From Chloroflexota bacterium (lineage in GTDB: Bacteria > Chloroflexota > Anaerolineae > Aggregatilineales > J027): a DNA stretch of 64,000 nt. The DNA lies in NCBI GenBank assembly GCA_013112715.1, contig JABFGB010000013.1:74599-138598 (forward strand). The letters are read 5' to 3'. Of the stretch, positions 9,597-19,683 are shown one piece after another. Every line of letters begins with the position of its first letter. Positions within the stretch are counted from its first letter, which is position 1. The translations under genes and the position numbers were made by a program. Below the pieces are notes generated by a model. That model saw only the letters and a list, made by a program, of their open reading frames with translations. It was not told where the DNA came from and did not search any database.

Positions 9597-10127
9597 TCAC
9601 CAGCTTGCCGCCGCATAGATTTCCCGCAAAAATCGGCTTGGATAGGTCGCCAGCAGTCGGGTATGCTCAAAACCCATCTGTTTCGCCATCTTCTCCCATG
9701 TCGGATATGAAAAAGGATGCGGCACCCATGTGTTGCCGGAATCCGTATTATATTCCACGATGAGAATACGCCCCTCCGGTTTCAAATATCCCTTGATTTG
9801 CTGCAAGACGGCTTCTTTGTGACGGTCAGCGACAAAATGCAGTGAATTCGCCATGACCACGCCATCCAGCGGCGGCAGTTCCAATTCTTCAGTGAAATCG
9901 GCTTTTAGGTAATGCACCGCATTTTTTGGAAAACGTGCCTGCATGGTTTTCGTTTGCTCTTGCAGCGACCCCCGGTCTTTATCCAGTGAATAAATCTCGC
10001 CTGTCGGCCCAATCAACTCTGCCAACGCAAGGGTAAATGCCCCTGTCCCCGACCCCAAATCGGCCCACACGCCGCCGATTTGTGGAATGCCGTGTCGCAG
10101 CAAATTGAGATGGTTTTGATGATTCAT
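9597..10127 (-). CDS. Class I SAM-dependent methyltransferase
   Basis: 176 aa. Motif I is VWADLGSGTGAFTLALAE, and the post-I/II region is DGVVMANSLHF. Confidence 0.7.
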   Translation of the reverse strand: MNHQNHLNLLRHGIPQIGGVWADLGSGTGAFTLALAELIGPTGEIYSLDKDRGSLQEQTKTMQARFPKNAVHYLKADFTEELELPPLDGVVMANSLHFVADRHKEAVLQQIKGYLKPEGRILIVEYNTDSGNTWVPHPFSYPTWEKMAKQMGFEHTRLLATYPSRFLREIYAAASW

Positions 10128-10141
10128 TGGTTTGGATAGTC

Positions 10142-10792
10142 CTAATCCGCTTGGAATCCATTCGTTCGATGCGTTTTATCACAAAATGGCTTATTCTTAG
10201 ACCCTCCGCAGCGGCACAGCCATGTCTCGGTTCCCTGAAAAATCACTTCACCATTCGCGTTTAAGATACGAAAATTTCCGGCAACACCAATTGGCCCATT
10301 CTGGTTGAGTGTAATGACCATCCGGGTTTCACCATCCGATAAATCTTTAATCGTGGTAGTTTCGGGCAGGCCGGGATCAGTAAACCCAGCCGCAATATGG
10401 CTGTTATCGCAAAATGGCTTAAATTGAGATGCCCCACACCGACACAGCGCCACCCGTGTATCATTTAAAATGAGGCTGCCATTACTGCTGACCACTTCGA
10501 CGTTGCCCCGCACATGCAGTGGCCCATTTGGTTCAATCGTAATGGTGTTTTCTTGGGGAATGGCTTCGGGTGCGCCACCATCCGTCCGCTGATAATGCAG
10601 TGCTCCGGTTGGACATTGCTCAATCACTGCCGCAAGTTCATCAGCGGTCGCGTGTTGTGGCTGAATCCAAGGCCGCCCTTCACGATTAAAAACTGTTGGA
10701 AGGCCATGTACACATTTTTCGGCATGGATACAGCGCTTTAACTCATATTGTACGGTAATGCCTTGTCCTTGATATTCATGAATTTTAGCCAC
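10142..10792 (-). CDS. Iron-sulfur protein: N-terminal divergent 4Fe-4S mono-cluster region plus two CDGSH-type domains
   Basis: 216 aa. It has two copies of C-x-C-x(8)-C-D-x-(S/T)-H (CRCGASQFKPFCDNSH and CRCGGSKNKPFCDKTH). The N-terminal Cys/His pattern is CIHAEKCVH...CPTGAL. Confidence 0.75.
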   Translation of the reverse strand: MAKIHEYQGQGITVQYELKRCIHAEKCVHGLPTVFNREGRPWIQPQHATADELAAVIEQCPTGALHYQRTDGGAPEAIPQENTITIEPNGPLHVRGNVEVVSSNGSLILNDTRVALCRCGASQFKPFCDNSHIAAGFTDPGLPETTTIKDLSDGETRMVITLNQNGPIGVAGNFRILNANGEVIFQGTETWLCRCGGSKNKPFCDKTHRTNGFQAD

Positions 10793-10831
10793 TTGATTTC
10801 CTCGCCATAAATTACTATTGTTTATTCAGAG

Positions 10832-12100
10832 TTGACGTATGAGAAAAAGTATATCTTACAGGTAGCCAAAATCGGGATGGATGAGCAAACCAAATCACAA
10901 TTACAGCGGGCCTATGCTTTGATTAAGGCAGGAAGTCGTGCCGAGGCGCTGAAGCTGATTGACCCTATCCTCAAAAGCGAACCAGACAATGAAATCGCAT
11001 GGTGGTTAGCCGCCAACACCGTCACCAACCCCCGCCATGTCGAATACGCCTTGAATCAAGTGCTGCGTATTAATCCCAATCACGGCGGAGCCAAAGCCAA
11101 ACTCGCCGAACTGATTTTTGAGGTTGCCCCGGTTCCGCCGCCTTTTGCCGTATCCGTTGTTGAACCCCCAAAAACGACTAACTGGATGCCATCGCAGTCC
11201 CCCCCAGCCAAGCAATCTCAATCAACCCATTGGCTGACGGGGGTCTTGGTTGCGGTTGCAGTAGGCCTCTTGATGGGTGTCATTGCGGCGGTCATTACTG
11301 TGTTGGGCAAGGATGATAGCCCTTCTTCGCCTACCCAGTCTGCCTTCAATTCCAATCCAACGTCTGATGTACTGGTAGATGATTCCGAGGCGGTTCCAAC
11401 CCGACCAAGTGTTGAGGGTCGTGAAGAACTTCCGCCAACATGGACACCCAATCCCACTATTCCAACCGCTACGTTGCCACCCTATTACACCAGCACGCCC
11501 CGTCCAACCGATACGCCATTTTCAACGTCGCGTCCCATCGTGACCATAGACCCGGTAAATTTTGGCGATACCTATTGGCTTGGCAATGGTGACGGCACGA
11601 CAATGGAATTGTACTATGCCAATGGCCGTTACTGGCGATTTTATGAATTCCCAGTCACTCTCTATTTTGAGAGCGAAGGCAGTGATCTGATTTGGGATTA
11701 CGCAGTAAAAAACGCGATTGCCGAACTCAATCAGGTCATTGAGGTTGAACGAACCGACGATGAGCGGCAGGCTGATATTGTCCTGAAAATTGTGGATGCG
11801 ATTCAGCTTGCCAAAGAGTGCGAGGTCAGCGATATTTTTGTCGTAGCGGGGTGTGCCACCTTCCGCACATGGGGTGGCAGTGCGCGGCCCGATTTTAGGG
11901 GATTCGCCTTTGTCTCCACTGCCGCCTTTTATCCGGTTGCGGCAGTCCTGCATGAGCTTGTCCATGCGCTGGGGGTGGTCGTCCACAGCCCCGACCCTGA
12001 CGACATTATGTATTTTCAGGAAACCCCCAATACATCACTTTCCATTCGTGATATCAATACCTTGCGGCGATTATATAGTTCCCCCTCATTTGGAGACTGA
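10832..12100 (+). CDS. Membrane-anchored TPR-like / Pro-Thr-rich / metzincin-like zinc metalloprotease
   Basis: 422 aa. The start is uncertain (TTG at 10832 or ATG at 10877). The order is an N-terminal TPR-like helices region, one TM segment (LTGVLVAVAVGLLMGVIAAVITVL), a P/T/S-rich linker and a C-terminal HELVHALGVVVH...DIMY. That last element is a metzincin-like HExxHxxG with the third His shifted by one residue, plus a Met-turn. Confidence 0.6.
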   Translation: MTYEKKYILQVAKIGMDEQTKSQLQRAYALIKAGSRAEALKLIDPILKSEPDNEIAWWLAANTVTNPRHVEYALNQVLRINPNHGGAKAKLAELIFEVAPVPPPFAVSVVEPPKTTNWMPSQSPPAKQSQSTHWLTGVLVAVAVGLLMGVIAAVITVLGKDDSPSSPTQSAFNSNPTSDVLVDDSEAVPTRPSVEGREELPPTWTPNPTIPTATLPPYYTSTPRPTDTPFSTSRPIVTIDPVNFGDTYWLGNGDGTTMELYYANGRYWRFYEFPVTLYFESEGSDLIWDYAVKNAIAELNQVIEVERTDDERQADIVLKIVDAIQLAKECEVSDIFVVAGCATFRTWGGSARPDFRGFAFVSTAAFYPVAAVLHELVHALGVVVHSPDPDDIMYFQETPNTSLSIRDINTLRRLYSSPSFGD

Positions 12101-12106
12101 ATAAAA

Positions 12107-12129
12107 AGAGGGGCGTTCATTACCCCTCT
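12107..12129 (-). terminator. Rho-independent terminator between convergent genes
   Basis: The hairpin is AGAGGGG, a 9-nt loop, then CCCCTCT. On the minus strand it is followed by TTTTTAT, so it mainly serves the 12160..13689 gene. It is also placed right after the plus-strand stop at 12100. Confidence 0.6.
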
Positions 12130-12159
12130 CACCAAAATCCATGTATCCCATACGGTGGC

Positions 12160-13689
12160 CTATTCGTTCCAATACAACATCAGCGCGTTTGATACCCGTC
12201 GTTCGCCATCGTAGCCAAAATCATTGACGAAGCCACGATCAATCCACAAGCTGGATGACCCCCCTCCGTCAAATTCCATCGCCGTCTGTGCTCCGTAGCG
12301 AATCATCAAATCGGCCAATTCTTCTTGGGTAATCCCTGCGCCAAGTTCATAACCTTCGACCATCACCAGAATCAAGGTTTTGGTATCGCGGTTATAACCC
12401 ACTGCCGAGCGGGGGATATGCACATCAAAATAGTGGGCTTCGCGGAATCGGTCATCAAATTCTTCACAAACCCGTCGTGCCTCGGATACATTGGGGTCAC
12501 AATCTTGGCGGAAGCGCCCATTCTTCACAAAAATTGGCCCACCGCTGATGGCATTTTCATAATTACGCCAATCAGGGTGGGTTTCCAAATTGACTTGGAG
12601 CGTGTCCCCGATTTCGACATTTTCTTTCAACCATTTACCTGCGTCGGTAAACGTCCCTGCCCGCAGCACATAATGACCATCTGGGATTTCCATAAAGCGG
12701 TCAACCACAATATCCAATACCTCAAATTCGGGACTGAGCAGTACACGGGTGCCATCATACCCCCATTTTACAAGTAGCCGACGCATGTGGTCGGTGTAGA
12801 TACACAGCCACGCCGGATCACAGGGTAGATTGGCGAGTTGCAGCGGGATGATGCTGCCTGTTTCGGCAATCACCGTCGCAGGCCATGTCCACGATTCGGT
12901 GAAATAACCGATATAGACATTGTGGTTTTCGGTGATGGCAAAAGAGGCCCGATGTTTGGGGGCAATGACCAATTCCCCATCAATCACGGTCAGGCCCTGT
13001 GGCATATAGTTTCCACCATAGAAATCGCCGTTGATGGCAACAAACGCATCTGCCTCTTTGACCATATCCGAAACGAGGGTCGCCGTTGAATCTGGCACGG
13101 CACCAAGATGTACCCCCACATCCACGTTCGGATTATTCAAATCGGCAATCAAGACGTGTGCTTGCAAGGTGTTTTTTTCGTCCACCTCATGCTCGTAACG
13201 CACATACAGCATTCCGTCATTCAATTTGAAAATTTGATCTTCGTCGGTGAAATCAATGCCCCGCGTGAATTCTGGAAGTTCAACATCTTCCGGCGCGGCG
13301 GGGGCGGATTCAATATTTAGATTCTCACCTGTGTCGGGTAGATTAGTGCATTTCCCATACAGATTCACATTTTCCCACCACACCCAACCAATAAAATTCA
13401 GCGGGTCGCCTGCCTCAACTTGAAGCCATTCACCGTCATCATCTTGACCCAAAACACGCATCTTAAAGCCTGACACGGCAACTTTCTCGATGCCATAATT
13501 GGTGCTGGGGCCAATCCGCAAATTGGCGGCATTATTCCATTTCACCTCTGCAAAACAAACTTGGCTGGCGGTACGATTTGAGGCATGGGCAATGGAACGG
13601 AAGGGGGGATTAACCTGCCAAGTGCTTCCAAGCAAAATTCCCAAAAATGCAAGCAAAGTGGCTGAACGAAGATAAGCTATGCGCGACAA
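12160..13689 (-). CDS. Phosphodiester glycosidase family protein (NAGPA/DUF2233-like) with an N-terminal SH3b-like domain
   Basis: The ORF track gives 12160..13791, but its GTG lies inside the tRNA terminator stem. I prefer the TTG at 13689, which follows an AGAGGAG SD and yields the signal peptide MSRIAYLRSATLLAFLGILLG. The ATG at 13734 is an alternative. Domain evidence is ANLRIGPSTNY (SH3b-like) and AISGGPIFVKNGRF, AVGYNRDTKTLILVMVEG, AMEFDGGGSSSLW. Confidence 0.7.
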   Translation of the reverse strand: MSRIAYLRSATLLAFLGILLGSTWQVNPPFRSIAHASNRTASQVCFAEVKWNNAANLRIGPSTNYGIEKVAVSGFKMRVLGQDDDGEWLQVEAGDPLNFIGWVWWENVNLYGKCTNLPDTGENLNIESAPAAPEDVELPEFTRGIDFTDEDQIFKLNDGMLYVRYEHEVDEKNTLQAHVLIADLNNPNVDVGVHLGAVPDSTATLVSDMVKEADAFVAINGDFYGGNYMPQGLTVIDGELVIAPKHRASFAITENHNVYIGYFTESWTWPATVIAETGSIIPLQLANLPCDPAWLCIYTDHMRRLLVKWGYDGTRVLLSPEFEVLDIVVDRFMEIPDGHYVLRAGTFTDAGKWLKENVEIGDTLQVNLETHPDWRNYENAISGGPIFVKNGRFRQDCDPNVSEARRVCEEFDDRFREAHYFDVHIPRSAVGYNRDTKTLILVMVEGYELGAGITQEELADLMIRYGAQTAMEFDGGGSSSLWIDRGFVNDFGYDGERRVSNALMLYWNE

Positions 13690-13777
13690 AACAACGACTC
13701 CTCTAAATCTTCCTATTAATGCTAGGGTATTCATAAGAATGCTAAAATCGGGGACATTGTAGCAGGTTCGTTGAAAT

Positions 13778-13803
13778 AAAAAAACCGCCACAAAAAATGG
13801 CGG
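13778..13803 (-). terminator. Rho-independent terminator following the tRNA
   Basis: On the minus strand it reads GCCGCCA, a 7-nt loop, TGGCGG, then a run of 7 T. It begins 12 nt downstream of the tRNA 3' end. Confidence 0.75.
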
Positions 13804-13814
13804 CTAATTTTAAG

Positions 13815-13886
<72 letters not shown>

Positions 13887-13993
13887 TCGTTGGTGATAGG
13901 AGAATATCAGTTAAAATAAGGGGCGTCAAGGTTGAATTAACGACCCCATCCCAATTTCTTTATTTTTTACGCAAAAATGATGTCGAGTACCCG

Positions 13994-15208
13994 ATGACCC
14001 AACCTACCCCCTCCACCCTTGCTGGCTTGCGTATCCTCGATTTCACTCGTGTCTTGGCCGGGCCATCCTGTACCATGCTTCTCGCCGATTTTGGTGCGGA
14101 GGTCATCAAAATTGAACATCCTCAACGCGGTGACGATACCCGTGAATGGGGGCCGCCATGGTTGGAGGTGGGGGATGAACAACTGAGCGCCTATTATCTG
14201 AGCGTTAATCGCAACAAACGTAGCGTTACTCTCAACCTAAAAACGCCGGAAGGCATCGCGCTGGCGAAACAATTGGCCCTGAAATGCGATGTGCTGATTG
14301 AAAACTTCAAAGTTGGGCAAATGGCGAGCTACGGCCTTGCTTATGAGCAGCTACAACCCGAACACCCCGGCCTGATTTATTGCAGCATTACGGGTTATGG
14401 ACAAACTGGCCCGTATGCCTCACGCCCCGGCTACGATTATGTTATCCAAGCGCAAAGTGGCTTAATGGCAATTACCGGGCCAACGGATGGGCCACCCTAT
14501 AAAGTGGGTGTCGCCATTTCGGATGTCATTGCCGGGTTATATGCCGCCAACGCCATCCAAGCGGCTCTCCATTATCGCCATCAAACCGGACGAGGGCAGT
14601 ATGTGGATATTGCCCTTTTGGATACTCAGCTTGCCGCGCTGGTCAATGTCGCCAGCAATTATTTTGTATCCGGCCAAAATCCACCACGTTATGGCAATGG
14701 GCATCCCAACATTGTGCCCTATCAAACCTTCGAGGCCGCCGACAAGCCTTTTATCTTAGCGGTAGGGAATGATTCCCAATTTGCCGCGCTGTGCAAAATC
14801 ATTGGTCAGCCAGAACTCGCCAGTGATGCACGATTTGTCACGAATTCGGCACGGGTCAAACATCGGGAGGTCTTGGTAGGGTTTTTACAGGTCATTTTCA
14901 GCCGTCGTTCAGCCGAGGAATGGACAGCGGCTTTGCTGAACGCAGGGATTCCATCTGGCCCCATTAATCAAATCGACGATGCCTTTGGCGATCCCCATGT
15001 CCAATCACGCCAACTGGTGCAAACGGTTACATTTAAAAACGGGACAATGGTGGAGATGGCAGGGCCGCCCATCAAACTTTCGGAGACCCCACCAACGATT
15101 CGACATGCTCCGCCATTTTTGGGGCAGGATACGACCTCCGTGCTCATGGATTGGTTACGACTTGAGCCTTCAGCTATTGCCGATTATCAGCAGCGAGGGG
15201 TGATTTGA
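13994..15208 (+). CDS. Family III CoA-transferase (CaiB/BaiF family)
   Basis: 404 aa. The N-terminal signature is LRILDFTRVLAGPSCTMLLADFGAEVIKIE. The catalytic Asp region is GYDYVIQAQSGLMAITG. Confidence 0.85.
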   Translation: MTQPTPSTLAGLRILDFTRVLAGPSCTMLLADFGAEVIKIEHPQRGDDTREWGPPWLEVGDEQLSAYYLSVNRNKRSVTLNLKTPEGIALAKQLALKCDVLIENFKVGQMASYGLAYEQLQPEHPGLIYCSITGYGQTGPYASRPGYDYVIQAQSGLMAITGPTDGPPYKVGVAISDVIAGLYAANAIQAALHYRHQTGRGQYVDIALLDTQLAALVNVASNYFVSGQNPPRYGNGHPNIVPYQTFEAADKPFILAVGNDSQFAALCKIIGQPELASDARFVTNSARVKHREVLVGFLQVIFSRRSAEEWTAALLNAGIPSGPINQIDDAFGDPHVQSRQLVQTVTFKNGTMVEMAGPPIKLSETPPTIRHAPPFLGQDTTSVLMDWLRLEPSAIADYQQRGVI

Positions 15209-15214
15209 TGGGGC

Positions 15215-15538
15215 CTATTCACGATCGTCGTTTTTGCGTTTGCCCATGATGACCCCTTCCAAAATGTCGCGGTGATGGCGTACTATGCTGTCGGGGGCGG
15301 AACGGATAAAGAAATCGAGGGCGAGGATGAACACACCCACGTCATCGGTAACGCCGAGTGCAGGAATAACATCGGGTAGGATGTCAATTGGGGACAGCAC
15401 ATAAAGCACCGCCAGCAGTGGGATAATCTTGGTGGACGCATTCACGTTGCGATCCCAAAACAATCGCCACGCCAGTCGTAGATTTTCTAGCATTGATACC
15501 GCATACTCCTTCATGCCCCTTTTTTTGACGTTCTTCAA
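15215..15538 (-). CDS. YkvA/DUF1232 family membrane protein
   Basis: 107 aa. The diagnostic motif is YVLSPIDILPDVIPALGVTDDVGVFILAL. Confidence 0.7.
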   Translation of the reverse strand: MKNVKKRGMKEYAVSMLENLRLAWRLFWDRNVNASTKIIPLLAVLYVLSPIDILPDVIPALGVTDDVGVFILALDFFIRSAPDSIVRHHRDILEGVIMGKRKNDDRE

Positions 15539-15678
15539 CTATAATTACGTGGCAGCGGGGTCATAAGTTGCATAACAAGGTGAGGAATGATGCGTCAGCG
15601 AGGCGTAATTCAATCGTGGGCAAAGAAGCCTACCTCTACCTTTCATTTCCCCCTAAAATGAGATTTTGAGAGGATTAC

Positions 15679-17031
15679 ATGGTCAAAAACTTCTGGCGTT
15701 TCATCACCCCCATACTTCTACTTGCACTGCTAGGTATGTTCTTTTTAACCCCCCATGCAGATATGCCGGTTCGTGCCCAAGATGGCTCAACACCAACGCC
15801 CATCCCGAATGCTGACGAACCACCCATATCGGCGGTAATTGATGACGCCACAACGACCATTCTGAATACTTTAGAAGGGGATGTATCGCTGCTCCGTGAA
15901 CTCAATCAGACCACGCCCATAGATCGGCGTTTAGTTCACCCAACGGAGTTGATTAACTTTGCGCTGGCCGAAGCGAATTATACCGATGAACAGGCCCAAA
16001 ACGATGCCCGTTTCTATGGCGCGTTTGGTTTCATGCCCGAAGATACCGACCTCGCCGACCTTGCCCGCAATCTCATGACCGAGCAGCTAACAGGCTATTT
16101 TGACGCCACCCGCAACATCATGTTCATTCCCAATTGGGGCGGATTGAATGCCATCTATGGGGCGATTTACGCCCATGAATATGCACAGGCGCTAATCTAT
16201 CAGAATTTTGATGTTGCCAGCCTTCTTGATACAACTGATCCCGATCAGGCATTAGCGGCACTGGCTTTATTCGAAGGGGATGCCCAACTGACCACCGCTT
16301 TTTATACCGGGGTGGTGTTGCAGCGCAATCCGGCTATCGCCAATGACCTCTTGACCCAAACGACATTAAACAACCCACCCGTTTATAACAATATGCCCTC
16401 GATTTTGCGGGCCGAACTTTTTTTTCCCTATACAGCGGGTACCGAATTCGTTCGGGTACTTTATAACCAGACGCAGGACTGGTCATTGGTCAATCAAGCC
16501 TATGTCCTACCACCAGTCAGCACCGAGCAAATTCTGCATCCCGAGCAATATACTCAGAACGACCAACCGCAGGCCGTGTCGGTCAGGCAATTGGATGAGT
16601 TTTTCGATTCTCAGGATGTGGCGGGCGATTGGGAACTCTTGCGCGACCAGACGTTGGGTGAATTTTACCTGCGTGAACACCTTGATCTCTTTGTAGATAC
16701 CCCTGTTGCCGTCTCCACTGCTGCCGGATGGGGTGGGGATCGTTTTTTGCTGTATGGTGAGGATAACAGCCCGACGACCATTTTGGTATTGCATCTAACA
16801 TGGGATACTGAACAGGATGCCAGCGAGTTTTATACCATCTATGGGGCAGCTTTAGCAGTGTGGTTTGAGGTTGGCGGTGTCACATTGAACGATTCCCTAA
16901 GTTGTTGGGAGCGCCCATCCCGTACCGCCTGCCAATTCATTGAGGGCCGTGATACATGGGTTGTCATCGCGCCTACATCAGACCTTGCGAACCAGATTAT
17001 GGACTATGAATTAGAAGGCGCACTGCCTTAA
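15679..17031 (+). CDS. Secreted hypothetical protein with a degenerate MA-clan (gluzincin-like) motif
   Basis: 450 aa. It has an SD (GAGAGGA) and a signal/TM segment ILLLALLGMFFL. AHEYAQAL occupies the position of HExxH with the second His replaced by Gln, and FEGDAQL lies downstream (an EG.A-like third-ligand region). The assignment is weak. Confidence 0.35.
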   Translation: MVKNFWRFITPILLLALLGMFFLTPHADMPVRAQDGSTPTPIPNADEPPISAVIDDATTTILNTLEGDVSLLRELNQTTPIDRRLVHPTELINFALAEANYTDEQAQNDARFYGAFGFMPEDTDLADLARNLMTEQLTGYFDATRNIMFIPNWGGLNAIYGAIYAHEYAQALIYQNFDVASLLDTTDPDQALAALALFEGDAQLTTAFYTGVVLQRNPAIANDLLTQTTLNNPPVYNNMPSILRAELFFPYTAGTEFVRVLYNQTQDWSLVNQAYVLPPVSTEQILHPEQYTQNDQPQAVSVRQLDEFFDSQDVAGDWELLRDQTLGEFYLREHLDLFVDTPVAVSTAAGWGGDRFLLYGEDNSPTTILVLHLTWDTEQDASEFYTIYGAALAVWFEVGGVTLNDSLSCWERPSRTACQFIEGRDTWVVIAPTSDLANQIMDYELEGALP

Positions 17032-17052
17032 AGGGTATTGATTTAACGTCAT

Positions 17053-19584
17053 ATGACTTATCCACAATCTCGCCGATCTACTCCATTACCCGATCGTCAA
17101 CCACAGCGACGACCTAATCGCGTTCAACAGGCTATCGTGCAGGCTTGGCGTCGCACCTTTACACGTGGGGATATGCTGACCCTATTTTTGGTGAATGCGC
17201 TCTTGTGGATGCCTGCCTTTGCCTTAAACACAGCCGATTGGGCCGATGGTTTAGGAACACTCTATCCTGTCATTACGATCAGCGTTCTGTTGAGTTTTCT
17301 GCTGGCCCGCAGTTACTATTCCGAACTATTGGCACTGGTTTTGAGCGGTATCTATGGTTTTGCCACCATCACGATTGTCTATACCTTGTCGCTTCCCGGC
17401 CCATTTACGATTCAAGGACGTTTACAAGAACTGGGTGATCGCTTGTCGCGCTGGGCAGAGACGGTCAGCAACAATGGGGTCGGAACGGATAATCTGGTCT
17501 TTGTTATTTTCCTAGCCGTCCTGTTTTGGTTTTTGGCCCACAATGCCATTTGGCAGTTGATCCGGCTCAATCGGGTTTGGTTGGCGATCTTGCCGCCGGG
17601 TTTTGTGCTGATTACGATCATTATGTCCTATTCGGGCAATGCACGGCTCGAACTATTCCTGCTGGGTTTTTTGCTGTGTGCCCTGCCGCTGACTATCCAA
17701 GTCAACATCGAAGCGCGGGAATATCAGTGGTATCGTCTGCGGGTCAAATATCCGCGCAATCTCCGTACCAATTTTTTGCGCTTGGGTACAGCGATGACCA
17801 TCATGGCCGTCCTTTTTGGGTTAGCCCTGCCCATTCAAGATGGCAATGGCTATTGGGACGAAATCAAGGAGTTTCTGGGCAACGACCCTCTAGCAAAAAT
17901 TAACGACCTCTTTGCACGCTTGTTTTCCTCGCTCGAAGGCCCCGGCATCGCCACCGCCGATTATTATGGTGGAGATCGGCTTGACCTGACTGGCCCCGTA
18001 CAGTTAAGCGACAGGGAAGTCATGCGAATCGCTGTGGAGGGCAACACCAGCGATTTGCGGCTCTATTGGCGCTCAACCGTTTTTGACACCTATCAAAATG
18101 GCACATGGACGCATAATCGTTCGGTACGGGCCTATAAAGACAGCCCCGGCATGAGTTTCAATCTTGGTGATTATGCGGGTCGGCGCGACCTCGTTCAGAA
18201 CGTGGAAATGTTTATCAGCGCCTCATCCTTGATTTATGCCGCCCCTCAACCGCGTGAAATGGGTCTTGGGGTAGATGCCGAACTTAACTGTGTCCCCGAA
18301 GGCGGGCCGGAATGTGTGCGGCGCAATCAGGAGGTAGATGTGGCGATTATCCGCGCCCGTGATCCCTTGCGTGAAGGCGATGATTACACCGTGACCTCTT
18401 CCATCAGTGTCGCCTCAGCTGATGAATTACGGCCCGCTGGCAACATTTATCCAGAATGGGTCACGCGCACCTATTTGCAGGGGGGTGGTTCAATTTCCGG
18501 CGAATTACGTAGTCTAACTGAGCAGATTATTTCGCAAAGTGGGGCTGTCACACCCTATGACAAAGCCAAAGCCGTTGAACAATGGCTACGGGCCAATATC
18601 TTGTATAACGAGAAAATCCCGACTCCACCCAGTAATGTTGACCCGATTGACTGGTTCATCTTCGACATCCGCGAAGGCTATTGCAATTACTACTCCTCGG
18701 CAATGGTCATGATGCTGCGTTCACAAGGCATTCCATCACGCATGGCGGCTGGCTTTGCCGAGGGGACATACAGCCCCAATGATGGCAGTTATCTGGTGCG
18801 TGAAAACGATGCCCATACGTGGGTAGAAGTATTCTTCCCCGGTTTTGGCTGGGTCGAATTTGAACCAACTGCCGATGAACTGCCGCTTAATCGCCCGGGT
18901 GATGTCAGCTTTAACAGCACTTTCCCGACGATTACTCCCATGCCGACCAGCACGCCAACGTCGCTGCCAACCAATACGTTGCCGCCGCCTCAGCAAAATT
19001 CTCCAACGCCCTCACCAACGCCTACTCAATCACCGACCTTACCGCCGAATGTGACACCGACTGTCACCCCAACCTTAACACCGACGCCGACCTTGACGCC
19101 GACCTTCACCCCAACGGCAACCCCTATCCCTCCAGAGCCACAGGCCACCAGCCTTGAGACCGACACTGGGGGCGGATTCTGGCGTGTGTTCTTGACCATT
19201 TTGGGGATCATTTTGGCAACCCTGCTGCTGATTGTGCTGATGGTTGTCTTTATCATCTGGTGGGTGGAACATCGCGGCTTGGGTGGCTTGAATCCTGTGC
19301 AAAAAGCCTATGCGCGTTTAGGGATTTATGGCAACTGGTTGGGGGTCGGGGTACACAATCGGATGACGCCCGAAGAACGCCGTCAGGTCTTTGTGGACGA
19401 AGTGCCGGAAGGTCAGCACCCCATCACAGACATTACCCACCTTTACATTTATGACCGCTTTGCGCCACCCGCTGCCGACCATGATGCCCAGCGCGAAGCC
19501 GAGCATGTTGCCAGCAACGCATGGACAAAGGCCCGCGTGGCATTTATCCGCGAAAAACTACATCGTTGGTTACGCCGTAGCTAA
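17053..19584 (+). CDS. Transglutaminase-like membrane protein (TgpA-like architecture)
   Basis: 843 aa. The order is an N-terminal multi-TM region, then a transglutaminase core with Cys-His-Asp context (REGYCNYYSSAMVMMLRSQGIPSR, ENDAHTWVEVFFPGFGWVEFEPT), a Pro/Thr-rich linker, a TM segment and a C-terminal cytoplasmic tail. Confidence 0.85.
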   Translation: MTYPQSRRSTPLPDRQPQRRPNRVQQAIVQAWRRTFTRGDMLTLFLVNALLWMPAFALNTADWADGLGTLYPVITISVLLSFLLARSYYSELLALVLSGIYGFATITIVYTLSLPGPFTIQGRLQELGDRLSRWAETVSNNGVGTDNLVFVIFLAVLFWFLAHNAIWQLIRLNRVWLAILPPGFVLITIIMSYSGNARLELFLLGFLLCALPLTIQVNIEAREYQWYRLRVKYPRNLRTNFLRLGTAMTIMAVLFGLALPIQDGNGYWDEIKEFLGNDPLAKINDLFARLFSSLEGPGIATADYYGGDRLDLTGPVQLSDREVMRIAVEGNTSDLRLYWRSTVFDTYQNGTWTHNRSVRAYKDSPGMSFNLGDYAGRRDLVQNVEMFISASSLIYAAPQPREMGLGVDAELNCVPEGGPECVRRNQEVDVAIIRARDPLREGDDYTVTSSISVASADELRPAGNIYPEWVTRTYLQGGGSISGELRSLTEQIISQSGAVTPYDKAKAVEQWLRANILYNEKIPTPPSNVDPIDWFIFDIREGYCNYYSSAMVMMLRSQGIPSRMAAGFAEGTYSPNDGSYLVRENDAHTWVEVFFPGFGWVEFEPTADELPLNRPGDVSFNSTFPTITPMPTSTPTSLPTNTLPPPQQNSPTPSPTPTQSPTLPPNVTPTVTPTLTPTPTLTPTFTPTATPIPPEPQATSLETDTGGGFWRVFLTILGIILATLLLIVLMVVFIIWWVEHRGLGGLNPVQKAYARLGIYGNWLGVGVHNRMTPEERRQVFVDEVPEGQHPITDITHLYIYDRFAPPAADHDAQREAEHVASNAWTKARVAFIREKLHRWLRRS
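18925..19143 (+). repeat. Low-complexity Pro/Thr-rich coding repeat inside the transglutaminase gene
   Basis: It encodes PTITPMPTSTPTSLPTNTLPPPQQNSPTPSPTPTQSPTLPPNVTPTVTPTLTPTPTLTPTFTPTATPIPPEPQ. Imperfect ACNCCN periodicity is visible in the DNA. Confidence 0.8.
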
Positions 19585-19610
19585 CTCTCCTCCCCACGTG
19601 AATTTTCTGT

Positions 19611-19683
19611 GAAATTTCTATTGTGTCTGTTTGGCAAATCAAGCGAAATCCGGTAGATTTAAGACAGACACAATAGAAAATTT
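19611..19683. repeat. Long inverted repeat (16-bp perfect stem, ~33-nt spacer) upstream of the signalling operon
   Basis: TTTCTATTGTGTCTGT (19615-19630) pairs perfectly with ACAGACACAATAGAAA (19664-19679), and flanking AAAT/ATTT residues extend the pairing imperfectly. It lies 27 nt after the transglutaminase stop and ~80 nt before the first receiver gene. A third copy of CTATTGTG sits at 19721-19728. Confidence 0.6.

Noticed and set aside
18925-19143. Periodic repeat considered as a possible CRISPR or tandem-repeat locus
   Set aside because: It is in-frame coding low complexity (a Pro/Thr linker) within the transglutaminase gene. There is no repeat-spacer organisation and there are no cas genes in the window.
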